This document shows, piece after piece, positions 25,547 to 33,819 of a stretch of 43,780 nucleotides of DNA. Numbering within the stretch: position 1 is the stretch's first letter; every line of letters begins with the position of its first letter. The position numbers were made by a program, and so were the translations under genes. A model generated the notes under the pieces. That model ran no database searches and was not told the DNA's origin. It saw only the letters and a program-made list of their open reading frames with translations. This DNA comes from Bdellovibrionota bacterium (GTDB lineage: Bacteria > Bdellovibrionota > UBA2394), in NCBI GenBank assembly GCA_044351695.1, contig JBILFF010000002.1, positions 1 to 43,780 on the forward strand. Direction: 5' to 3'.

Positions 25547-27517
25547 CTAGAACAGCGGGCGTTTCGGCTCGGAATTTATAGTTCTTGAGATTTGAGCTAA
25601 CGCTCCCCGACAAGAGGACTTCAGGCTTTGGCCCAGGGCTCGAAGCCTACCGACTCGCTTGAGCTCTCCATGCTCGTCTTTTTGATCTGTAAAGAGGCTG
25701 CGATTGATGAGCTCTAAGCTCACTTTGACTGGTGGAATCACGGCCCTCTTTACCCCACGGATGGCAGAGGCGCCTAGAGATCCCGCGGGAATAATCGGAA
25801 TAATGTATTTAAACAAAAAGGGTTTATGAATCTGATTGAGGATCGGCATTCGATGGCTGAGGGGGGCCTCCCACTTAGCACGAAGAATGGGTGCGAGATC
25901 TGAGCCCATCGCTTCGGCATGTTTAACAGCCTTCCATTGATAGTAAGGGTAAGCCGACCAAAACATGATTTTTCCGATCGGCAAATCGAAGTCGATCATC
26001 GGTATTCGGATCCTCAGATCGGTGATGTCGGCCAGCCGATAAGTGAACGTTTTTAAAGAAATCACTCGACGGTCAAAATCACGCTTTTTGTCCGAAACCA
26101 CAAAAGGAATTAGATTGTCGCTAAGCGCTTGGCCTGGCACATAACGCGAGGGCACCATCACCACAAATTCACCGGTGTTGAGTCGAAGTCGTTCATCTAC
26201 TTCGGTGGGTTTTTCCATCTGGTCTTTGACTAGATTAGAAAGAGTGATGTTGATGGCAAGCTTCGCCCAGTTGATCCAGCCCGAAGGTGAGGTGAGATCA
26301 AATGCCATCATTCCATAAGTGGCGAGATAAGCCGGAATGTTATAGGTCAAGCCTGTCGTGACAGAACGTCTGAGATTTTTTTCTGTCTTAGAAAAAAATG
26401 GATCGTTAGTGAATTTGCCAAGCTGAGGTTGAAAGAAGCCCCAAAAAGTCGAGAAGCCCCAGGTAAACAAATAAAGCTCCCAGCGATAGTCTCGGTTGTC
26501 GACGCCTGTGAGGTGCATCAGGGCATCCATTCCTGCCAGAGTCACTGCCTGTAAAAATCCCATCACCAGCCCCCACTTCACAGCGTCGAGGCTGAATTTC
26601 GATGACAGAAACAGAAGCGAGTCTTCTCGATACTGACGATAGTTTTTCCAGGGATGTGGGCGCGGATAAAATCGAACTTGTTTGACTCGCTCCTTCTCTA
26701 CGCCGTTGCTCACCCAGCAATCGATCACATCCCGACCTCGCTGAAGGTCGCCGCTATCTTTACCTGCTTTTTGGTGTTGAGCGGCAATGTACTTGTGATC
26801 GTGATGAGATTTGGGATTGATTTTCGTCGAAGAACGAAACCGAATAGCCTCGCGAAGAGCTGGATGAAGCACGCGTATCATTTTTACTCCATCGATCGAA
26901 TTCAGTTCGGCTCGGCCTTGCGTGTCTGCGACCCAGAGTTGATTTTTATCTAAAGCTCTGGCGAACTCCTCTTTAGACATTTCAGCTTCTTTTTGGCGCC
27001 CATAATCTAGCGCCCGTGTTCGGATTTCCCAAATTTCGCTCGCCACTTTTTCGGCATCCTCCGAATAGCGTTTGAGCACCCCCAAAAGTTCATCGCGCTC
27101 TTGTTCTGCGAGCTCTCCCGAGATCCGCATTTTTTCTAAAAGAGCCTCCGGGGTGGCTTCTCGTGCAAAAAGATTTTGAGCCTCCTGGTAGTGAAGCTTT
27201 TGAATATCCCAAAAATCACGTTCTTGACGACTGAGAGACTCCGGGGACGGGGCAGAATCCAGAGCCCACTGCATTTGAGCGAGGGCCGTCGATAGACTGC
27301 GAATCTCAAGTCCTAGCTTTTCGAGAATCTTCTGATCTGAGGCAGAAAGAAGCTTTAAAACCAAAAAATTCTTAAGCGGCTCGTAATCGGATGTCTCAGG
27401 TGAGCTCCGGTTGTAAATCTCACTGATTTGGTAGGCTTTACTGCGGAGTCTGGGAGCCTCGCTCGATGCCGAGGCTTCTGCAAAAAGGATCCCACTCCAT
27501 AAGAAAAATAAAAACAT
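25547..27517 (-). CDS. large membrane protein, function unknown (signal peptide, coiled-coil-rich region, about 4 TM, C-terminal soluble domain)
   Basis: The ATG at 27517 gives MFLFFLWSGILFAEASA. Charged helical region covers roughly aa 60-230. Hydrophobic helices include WGLVMGFLQAVTLAGMDALM, WELYLFTWGFSTFWGFF and GLTYNIPAYLATYGMMAF. No family recognised. Confidence 0.6.
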   Translation of the reverse strand: MFLFFLWSGILFAEASASSEAPRLRSKAYQISEIYNRSSPETSDYEPLKNFLVLKLLSASDQKILEKLGLEIRSLSTALAQMQWALDSAPSPESLSRQERDFWDIQKLHYQEAQNLFAREATPEALLEKMRISGELAEQERDELLGVLKRYSEDAEKVASEIWEIRTRALDYGRQKEAEMSKEEFARALDKNQLWVADTQGRAELNSIDGVKMIRVLHPALREAIRFRSSTKINPKSHHDHKYIAAQHQKAGKDSGDLQRGRDVIDCWVSNGVEKERVKQVRFYPRPHPWKNYRQYREDSLLFLSSKFSLDAVKWGLVMGFLQAVTLAGMDALMHLTGVDNRDYRWELYLFTWGFSTFWGFFQPQLGKFTNDPFFSKTEKNLRRSVTTGLTYNIPAYLATYGMMAFDLTSPSGWINWAKLAINITLSNLVKDQMEKPTEVDERLRLNTGEFVVMVPSRYVPGQALSDNLIPFVVSDKKRDFDRRVISLKTFTYRLADITDLRIRIPMIDFDLPIGKIMFWSAYPYYQWKAVKHAEAMGSDLAPILRAKWEAPLSHRMPILNQIHKPFLFKYIIPIIPAGSLGASAIRGVKRAVIPPVKVSLELINRSLFTDQKDEHGELKRVGRLRALGQSLKSSCRGALAQISRTINSEPKRPLF

Positions 27518-27682
27518 TGAAACGACACTGATCCCCGGGCCTGCAACACGCCCAAAAAAACGGGGGCTTGGTCCTGAAGAAACTAAAATCTGCACCTGTT
27601 CCTTCGCGCTCAAATTGAGTAACAAATGACGGTGCCTAACGAATACAGGAATTTCGACAATAATTGGTTTAGAAGGAGCTAT

Positions 27683-28732
27683 ATGACGCCCCGATTCATT
27701 AAGGCTTTATTAAGAATGCCTCAGTTTTTGTTTGTGGTCCTCGTTTTGGGGCTTACAGCATGCTCCACCAAGGCCCCTCAGCCAAACCCCTGTGTGGAGC
27801 GCCGCGCGATTTTTGATGTGGGTTCAGGAAGTACTAAACTGAAGCTGGCCGATGTGAATTTCTGTGAAAGCAAGATTTTGCGAGTCGTTTTTGAGCAAGC
27901 CCGGGCAGTCGACTTTGCTTCCGATCATTCGGCTTCTCCAAAAGGTGTTTTGAGCAGTGCAGTACGGGCTGCGGGAAAGAAGGCCATCGCAGAGCTTTAT
28001 TCGCAGGCCAAAGTTTATGAGCCCAAAAAAACGATCGCCATTATGACGGGAGTTTTTCGCAAGGCTGTAAATGCTAATTCTTTTCGCTCTCAACTTCAGA
28101 ATAAGTTTGGTTTCTCCTTTCGCATTGTTACCCAAGAGCTCGAGGGGCGATATGGATTTGAGAGCGTGCGAGCCTCGCAAAACTTAGAAGCTTCTGCACT
28201 GGTGGTGTGGGATATTGGAGCATCTACCCAGCAGTTTATCTCAAAAAGAGGTGATGTTTTCTTGATGGATTTAAAAGATGTCGCCTCTGTGGGATTCAAA
28301 GAGCGAGTGATTCGTGAAGTTCACAAAAAGAATCCGAAGAAAGTAAAATCCCCGAATCCCCTAGGCGAGGAGAGGGCTGCGCCGGCTCTTTTATTGTCTC
28401 GATCACTCGCAAAAAAGATGAGCGCTGATATGAAGTTCAAGCTAGCTGAGCCGGGAGTGCGAGTGGTCGGAATTGGTGGTGTCCACCGTTTTAGTATTGC
28501 GGGGCAAACAGGAAAAAAGAAGTCTTATCGACTCCGGGATATTCAACGAATTCTTCCCAAGCAGGCGGGTAAAACAGATCAAGAGATCGGCGGAGATTAC
28601 GCTTCGACCGAGGTGACAAACCTTATTTTAGTTGCTGGTTTTATGGAGGAGCTGGGAATTGATCGGGTCGAGATCACTCGAGCCGATATTCAAGAGGGGG
28701 TACTTCTGAGCCACGACGCGTGGTCGAAGTAA
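27683..28732 (+). CDS. lipoprotein of the Ppx/GppA (ASKHA-fold) phosphatase family
   Basis: AGAAGGAG RBS and a lipobox signal peptide, MTPRFIKALLRMPQFLFVVLVLGLTAC. Phosphate-binding loops are AIFDVGSGSTKLKL and VVWDIGASTQQF. Also present are TGVFRKAVNANSF and IVTQELEGRYGFESV. Confidence 0.65.
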   Translation: MTPRFIKALLRMPQFLFVVLVLGLTACSTKAPQPNPCVERRAIFDVGSGSTKLKLADVNFCESKILRVVFEQARAVDFASDHSASPKGVLSSAVRAAGKKAIAELYSQAKVYEPKKTIAIMTGVFRKAVNANSFRSQLQNKFGFSFRIVTQELEGRYGFESVRASQNLEASALVVWDIGASTQQFISKRGDVFLMDLKDVASVGFKERVIREVHKKNPKKVKSPNPLGEERAAPALLLSRSLAKKMSADMKFKLAEPGVRVVGIGGVHRFSIAGQTGKKKSYRLRDIQRILPKQAGKTDQEIGGDYASTEVTNLILVAGFMEELGIDRVEITRADIQEGVLLSHDAWSK

Positions 28733-28789
28733 AAAACTCTGCGTAGTTTAAAACACGCATCATCAGTATCGCATCGTCATCAGATTTAT

Positions 28790-30484
28790 TTGAATCGATG
28801 GTATTTTGCATGGGGCGCCTTGGCTCTCGTCGTGGTGGATCTGATTGGGCTTGCAGCACCGCTGCTGATTAAGGCCGGAATTCATAAAATTGAAGGGCAA
28901 GAGGCTCCAATTTATATTCCTGATTCGCTCTGGTTAATGCCTCCGAGCGCATTTCTTTTTACTTTGATTTCAATTTTTATATCGTTAGCTGCGCTAGGAG
29001 TGATTGGCCGCTATTACTGGCGCGCAAATATGGTTTGGCAAGTCTTTCCGAATATTCGCGCCATTCGCCAAAAAATTTTTGATCATCTGGTGAGTTTAGA
29101 TTGGCAGGCTTTACGAAGCCGTAAGATCGGGGACTTGATTGCTGCCATTTCTGAAGATGCTGAGAATCTTCGGATGACCATCAGTTTTGGAACTCTTGCC
29201 GTCATGGATACGATCATCTGTTTTATTCTTTTGCCGCTCGTGCTTTTGATGATCGCCCCTCAGCTGACGATTCTGATTTTTCCGCCTTTGGTTTTGATTG
29301 TAATCGTCATGGTGATCTGGAGTGATCGTTGGTCGAAGCTTTACGAAGGAATTCAGGATCAGCAAGGGGAATTGAGCGCTAAGGCTTTCGATTTAGCGTC
29401 TGGCCTCAGGGTCATTAAAGCTTTTGGAAGAGAATCTGCTTTCGAAAAAGATTTTCATGTGGAGAGTCATAAGTTTTTTGAAAAACAAAAATCTGTTGCG
29501 GCTTATCAATCAGGTTTTGGCCCGTTTATGAGAATGGCGCTTGGGCTAGCGACGGTAGTCAGCCTGATCAAAGGGGGTAGTCTCGTCATGAGCGGAGAGC
29601 TGAGCCTGGGAGCTTTTGCTGCTTTTACTCTCTATCTCTCTCAGCTCGACTGGCCATTGACCGCGATGGCGTGGTTTGTCGAGCTTTATCGAAGCTCTCG
29701 AGCTTCGAAGCGGCGGTTGATGGGAGCTCTGGAGCTGAGGTCTGAGCTTCCTCAATCGATAAAGGATCTGGGGTCTCCGCTTGAGCAGGTGCGTGTCGAT
29801 TGGGGTCAAAGAAATCGATCGATTATCTTGCGACGAGGAGAGCGATGGGCGCTTTCGGGCCCCGTAGGGTCTGGAAAGACTTTATTTTTAGAATGTTTAG
29901 CAAAACTAAGAAAACGAGACGGGATCAATATTCAGGTGAATGGAGTCCCTCTCGACGATCTTTCAGCTGACTCTTGGCAGGGGCGATGTCTCTTTGTTCC
30001 GCAAGAGGCGAGTATTTTTTCGAGAAGTCTGCGATCTAATATTTTGCTCGGCAAAGCTTCAAAGACGGACTCAGAGATCTGGAGAGTTTTAGAAAGTTTG
30101 AAGATCTCACAGCAGCAGTGGGAGGAGCGCGGGGGTCTGCTCTCGAGAATTGGGGAGAGAGGGCTGAATCTGTCGGGGGGACAAAAGCAGAGAATCTCTT
30201 TGGCTCGAGCTCTTGTACGAGATCGAGAGATCTATTTGTTTGATGATGTTTTATCTCATCTCGATCCAGAGACCGAGCAGCGTGTTTTAGATGAGTTGTC
30301 ACGGCGCCTGCCTCAAGAGGCGATTCTTGTTTTCGCGTCTCAGAGATGGAGTGTTCTAAAACACTTTGATCAGCATATCGTGATCGAAGATCTGCGTCAG
30401 CGCGAACTTTGCACGGGGAGTCGCGAGGAGGTTCTCAGTCGATCCAGATATTTGAGAGGACTCAGGGAGCTGCAAACAGCATGA
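28790..30484 (+). CDS. ABC exporter half-transporter (TMD-NBD) with a degenerate ATPase site
   Basis: Six-TM domain, Walker A GPVGSGKT and signature LSGGQKQR. Walker B reads IYLFDDVLSHLD, with Asp in place of the catalytic Glu. The switch region reads FASQRWS, with Gln in place of His. TTG start. Confidence 0.85.
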   Translation: MNRWYFAWGALALVVVDLIGLAAPLLIKAGIHKIEGQEAPIYIPDSLWLMPPSAFLFTLISIFISLAALGVIGRYYWRANMVWQVFPNIRAIRQKIFDHLVSLDWQALRSRKIGDLIAAISEDAENLRMTISFGTLAVMDTIICFILLPLVLLMIAPQLTILIFPPLVLIVIVMVIWSDRWSKLYEGIQDQQGELSAKAFDLASGLRVIKAFGRESAFEKDFHVESHKFFEKQKSVAAYQSGFGPFMRMALGLATVVSLIKGGSLVMSGELSLGAFAAFTLYLSQLDWPLTAMAWFVELYRSSRASKRRLMGALELRSELPQSIKDLGSPLEQVRVDWGQRNRSIILRRGERWALSGPVGSGKTLFLECLAKLRKRDGINIQVNGVPLDDLSADSWQGRCLFVPQEASIFSRSLRSNILLGKASKTDSEIWRVLESLKISQQQWEERGGLLSRIGERGLNLSGGQKQRISLARALVRDREIYLFDDVLSHLDPETEQRVLDELSRRLPQEAILVFASQRWSVLKHFDQHIVIEDLRQRELCTGSREEVLSRSRYLRGLRELQTA

Positions 30485-32232
30485 AGCGTCGATCTTTGGG
30501 CCAGCTCTGGATGTTGCTTATCGAGTATCGAGCTTCGATTCTTTGCGGTGCTTTTTTAACTTTGCTGCCTGCCTATTTTGCGGTGTGGATTCCCTTGTTG
30601 ATTGGGCGGTTAGTGGACGAGGCTCTTCTCACCAAAGACACGGCCGTCGCACATCAGTTTTTGTGGTTGATTGCTTATGTTTTTGTTTGTCAGTTTGTGT
30701 TTTCAATCGCGGTTAATTATTTGCTCATTCGTCTGGGCCTCAAGGTTTTGGTCGATTATCGGTTGAGTTTGGTTCGAAGAATTCTCCGGTTTGAGCTCAG
30801 ATTTTTAGACAAGATCAGTGCCGGAAAGCTGGCGACTCGTCTAACCAGTGATGTGAACGCACTTTACGAGTTTTTCTCGACGGCAGTTGCGGGCTTGCTG
30901 GGAAGTTTTTTTGTCATTGTTGCGGTTTTTGGAGTTTTATTTTGGATGGACTGGCGCTTGGCCAGCGGTGTGGCGCTGAGTTTGCTGGTTTTGTCTTTCA
31001 TCACCGTTTACTTCAATGAGCGAATTCGTAGACGTTTCGGTTTTTCTCGCAAGTCGATGACGCAGCTCAACACCTTTACAGGTGAGAGTTTGATGGGCCT
31101 TCGCGATCTCCAGGGCATGGGCGTTCGAGAATCTACCATGCGAGAATTTGAATCTTGGTCTCAGCGCCAGGCAGCTCTCCACTTAAAGGCTGTCCAAGAA
31201 TACGCGTACTATCAACCCCTGATTGCTTTTGTCTTGAGCATTCAGACGGCCGTGCTTTTGGGTTTTGGGGGTTTGATGGTGATGCATCAAGAAATTAGCT
31301 TGGGTCAGCTCGTGAGTTTTTTGGCTTTTGCTAATTTCTTTGCGGGGCCTTTGCAAGAATTCGCTGAAAAGATTTCTGTTTTTCAGCAAGCGATGGCTGC
31401 TGTAGACCGGCTGACTGAGATTTCTTCTGGAAAAATAGAAAAATCAGAGGGTGAAAGCCTGGAAGCCCATTGGAACTCCATTGAATTGCGAGACTTGAGT
31501 TTCAAATATCCAGACGCGCATCAGAGCGTTTTTGAGAGTTTAAATCTAAGGCTTCGAGCTGGTGAGAAGATTGGTGTGGTCGGGGAGACAGGAGCCGGAA
31601 AGAGCACCCTCTCGTTTTTGCTGCTTCGATTCTATGAGCCGACTGCGGGTTCGATTTTGATCGACGGAAGAGATCTTCGCTCGATTTCCATGCAAGATTG
31701 GCGGCGGCAATGCGCTTGGGTTTCGCAGGATGTTCAATTGTTCACCTGTTCTCTGCGAGAGAATCTGCGGCTCTTTGAATCTCGGATCACTGATTCTGAG
31801 ATGATTCGTGCACTGGAGGTCGTGCAGCTTGGCGCTTGGTTTAGAGCTCTGCCACAAGGCTTAGATACTCTGCTTCGCGAGAAAGCTCTTGAGCTTTCGT
31901 CAGGTCAGAGGCAGCTGTTGTCGGTGGCCCGAGCCCTGTGTTTGAAGCCTCGGTTATTGATTTTTGATGAGGCGACGGCCTACATCGATAGTTCCACAGA
32001 GTGGCAGTTTATCACGGCTCTAGAGCGTCTTTGGGAGGAGCGAGATTTTAAAGAGGCGACGAGCTTAGTGATTGCCCACCGCTGGAGCACTTTAAAGCGT
32101 TGTGATCGTATTCTCTGGATTTCTCGGTCAAAACCGATCAAAGAATGTACGTTTGAGGATTTGAGATCGCATAGGATGGATTTGAACTTTTATGAAAATA
32201 CGGCTCTGCCAAATCAACCCCAAAGTCGGTGA
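30481..32232 (+). CDS. ABC exporter half-transporter (TMD-NBD), consensus ATPase site
   Basis: Its ATG overlaps the upstream stop (ATGA). Walker A GETGAGKST, signature LSSGQRQL, Walker B LLIFDEATAYID and H-loop VIAHRWST. Confidence 0.9.
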   Translation: MKRRSLGQLWMLLIEYRASILCGAFLTLLPAYFAVWIPLLIGRLVDEALLTKDTAVAHQFLWLIAYVFVCQFVFSIAVNYLLIRLGLKVLVDYRLSLVRRILRFELRFLDKISAGKLATRLTSDVNALYEFFSTAVAGLLGSFFVIVAVFGVLFWMDWRLASGVALSLLVLSFITVYFNERIRRRFGFSRKSMTQLNTFTGESLMGLRDLQGMGVRESTMREFESWSQRQAALHLKAVQEYAYYQPLIAFVLSIQTAVLLGFGGLMVMHQEISLGQLVSFLAFANFFAGPLQEFAEKISVFQQAMAAVDRLTEISSGKIEKSEGESLEAHWNSIELRDLSFKYPDAHQSVFESLNLRLRAGEKIGVVGETGAGKSTLSFLLLRFYEPTAGSILIDGRDLRSISMQDWRRQCAWVSQDVQLFTCSLRENLRLFESRITDSEMIRALEVVQLGAWFRALPQGLDTLLREKALELSSGQRQLLSVARALCLKPRLLIFDEATAYIDSSTEWQFITALERLWEERDFKEATSLVIAHRWSTLKRCDRILWISRSKPIKECTFEDLRSHRMDLNFYENTALPNQPQSR

Positions 32233-33799
32233 CTTTGCCCGCAATTTTAAGAAGATGGATCAAGCGCTTTCTGGAGCCCTAGCAGAGGAGCTCGTGGTGT
32301 TTCCCGAGTGTTGTGTAACGGGCTATCCCGCTCTCGATTTGCTTGAGCGATCGGATTTCTTAAAAGCTGCTGAGGATGTTCTCGCCTCTCTTCTCACAAA
32401 GCATCCGACGAAAAGCTTTGTCTTGGGGACGATCGGAGCAGGTCGTCGAAGAATACAAAACCAAGCAGTTTATGTTTCGCATGGCCAAGTGAAGGCTCGG
32501 TACGCCAAGAGGCTTTTGCCCAATTACGATGTGTTTGATGAGCAAAGGTATTTTGAAGCTGGCGATCGAGCATGCGTGATTGAACATCACGGAAAAAAGA
32601 TTTTTTTAACGATTTGCGAAGACATCTGGGCTCAGTCCAGTGATCCCCGAATCCCAGGCCGATATGAAAAAGATCCGCTCGATGATTTTGGCAGTGCCGA
32701 TCTTCTTTTAAATCTATCAGCTTCACCCTATGAGAGATCGAAAGATCGGATTTCGCTCGTGCAGACGATTGCTCAAAAGTTAAAGAAGCCCGTTGTGCAG
32801 GTCACACAAGTAGGGGTGGCCGATAGTATGATTTTCGCTGGAGAGAGCATCGCTGTCGACTCTCGCGGTATGTTGATCAGCTATCTTCCTGCTTATGAAG
32901 AAGCCGAGAGTTCTCTTGATCTTTCCAGTACGCCCACACCAGTTGACCGGCCCCAGCCGCAATCGATTGAAAGGCTTTACGACACTCTTGTTTTTGGTTT
33001 GCGAGATTTTGTGACCAAATCAGGTTTCAGCTCTGTCGTCTTGGGTTTGAGTGGAGGGATTGATTCGGCCCTGGTGGCCTGTTTGGCAGAGGATGCTTTT
33101 GGGGGTGATCGAGTGCGATTAGTGCTCTTGCCCTCTCGGTATACTTCGAGCATCTCAAATATCGATGCTGTCGAGATCGCCAAAGTGACTCGATCGCCCC
33201 TGCATATCTTGTCGATCGAGGCGGTGTTCCCGGCAGTCCTCCAAACGCTCGAAAGTAGTTTTGAGGGTTTGGAGCCGAATACCACAGAAGAAAACTTGCA
33301 GAGCCGTATTCGGGGCATGCTGTTGATGGCCCTTTCAAACAAATTTGGTGATTTTTTACTCGCTTGTGGAAACAAAAGTGAATTGGCCATGGGCTATTGC
33401 ACGCTTTATGGAGATATGTGTGGCGGCCTGGCACCGATTGCAGATCTTTACAAGACACAAGTTTACGAGTTGGCGCGTGAAGCCAATCGACGAAAAAAGA
33501 GAATTCCCGAGCGAATTTTCACGCGCGAACCATCGGCAGAGCTGCGTCCCGATCAGCGAGACACCGACAGCCTGCCCCCCTACGAGATTTTAGACGAGAT
33601 TCTTAGATTGTTCATTGAAGAGTCCAGGAGTGTTTCAGAAATCATCGCTCAGGGATTTGAGTCTTCGGTTGTTTTGAAGATCATTCATAAAGTTTCGTCC
33701 CAAGAGTTTAAGCGTCAGCAGTCAGCGCCAGTTCTTAAGCTTTCTTCGAAGGCTTTTGGCTTGGGACGACGACATCCGATTATTCAGTCGACGTATTAA
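32192..33799 (+). CDS. nadE: glutamine-dependent NAD+ synthetase
   Basis: N-terminal nitrilase/CN-hydrolase domain (MKIRLCQINPKVGDF, FPECCVTGY, TICEDIW) and C-terminal ATP-PPase domain (GLSGGIDSAL). It overlaps the ABC gene end by 41 nt. Confidence 0.92.
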   Translation: MKIRLCQINPKVGDFARNFKKMDQALSGALAEELVVFPECCVTGYPALDLLERSDFLKAAEDVLASLLTKHPTKSFVLGTIGAGRRRIQNQAVYVSHGQVKARYAKRLLPNYDVFDEQRYFEAGDRACVIEHHGKKIFLTICEDIWAQSSDPRIPGRYEKDPLDDFGSADLLLNLSASPYERSKDRISLVQTIAQKLKKPVVQVTQVGVADSMIFAGESIAVDSRGMLISYLPAYEEAESSLDLSSTPTPVDRPQPQSIERLYDTLVFGLRDFVTKSGFSSVVLGLSGGIDSALVACLAEDAFGGDRVRLVLLPSRYTSSISNIDAVEIAKVTRSPLHILSIEAVFPAVLQTLESSFEGLEPNTTEENLQSRIRGMLLMALSNKFGDFLLACGNKSELAMGYCTLYGDMCGGLAPIADLYKTQVYELAREANRRKKRIPERIFTREPSAELRPDQRDTDSLPPYEILDEILRLFIEESRSVSEIIAQGFESSVVLKIIHKVSSQEFKRQQSAPVLKLSSKAFGLGRRHPIIQSTY

Positions 33800-33819
33800 A
33801 AAGGGGCGAGAGCTTAACG

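Noticed and set aside
26379-26403. A/T-rich 9-bp hairpin ATTTTTTTC-TGTCTTA-GAAAAAAAT inside the 656-aa membrane protein gene
   Set aside because: It is a low-complexity sequence encoding FFSKTEKN. It is weak (all but one pair are A-T) and internal to a CDS, so it is probably coincidental.
32977-33458. Two overlapping minus-strand ORFs (137 and 143 aa) inside nadE, plus similar antisense ORFs in erpA (36991-37320), iscX (37880-38299), recA (38963-39373) and trmD (42963-43355)
   Set aside because: All lie opposite highly conserved housekeeping genes and have Arg/Ser/Pro-rich, motif-free translations typical of antisense frames.
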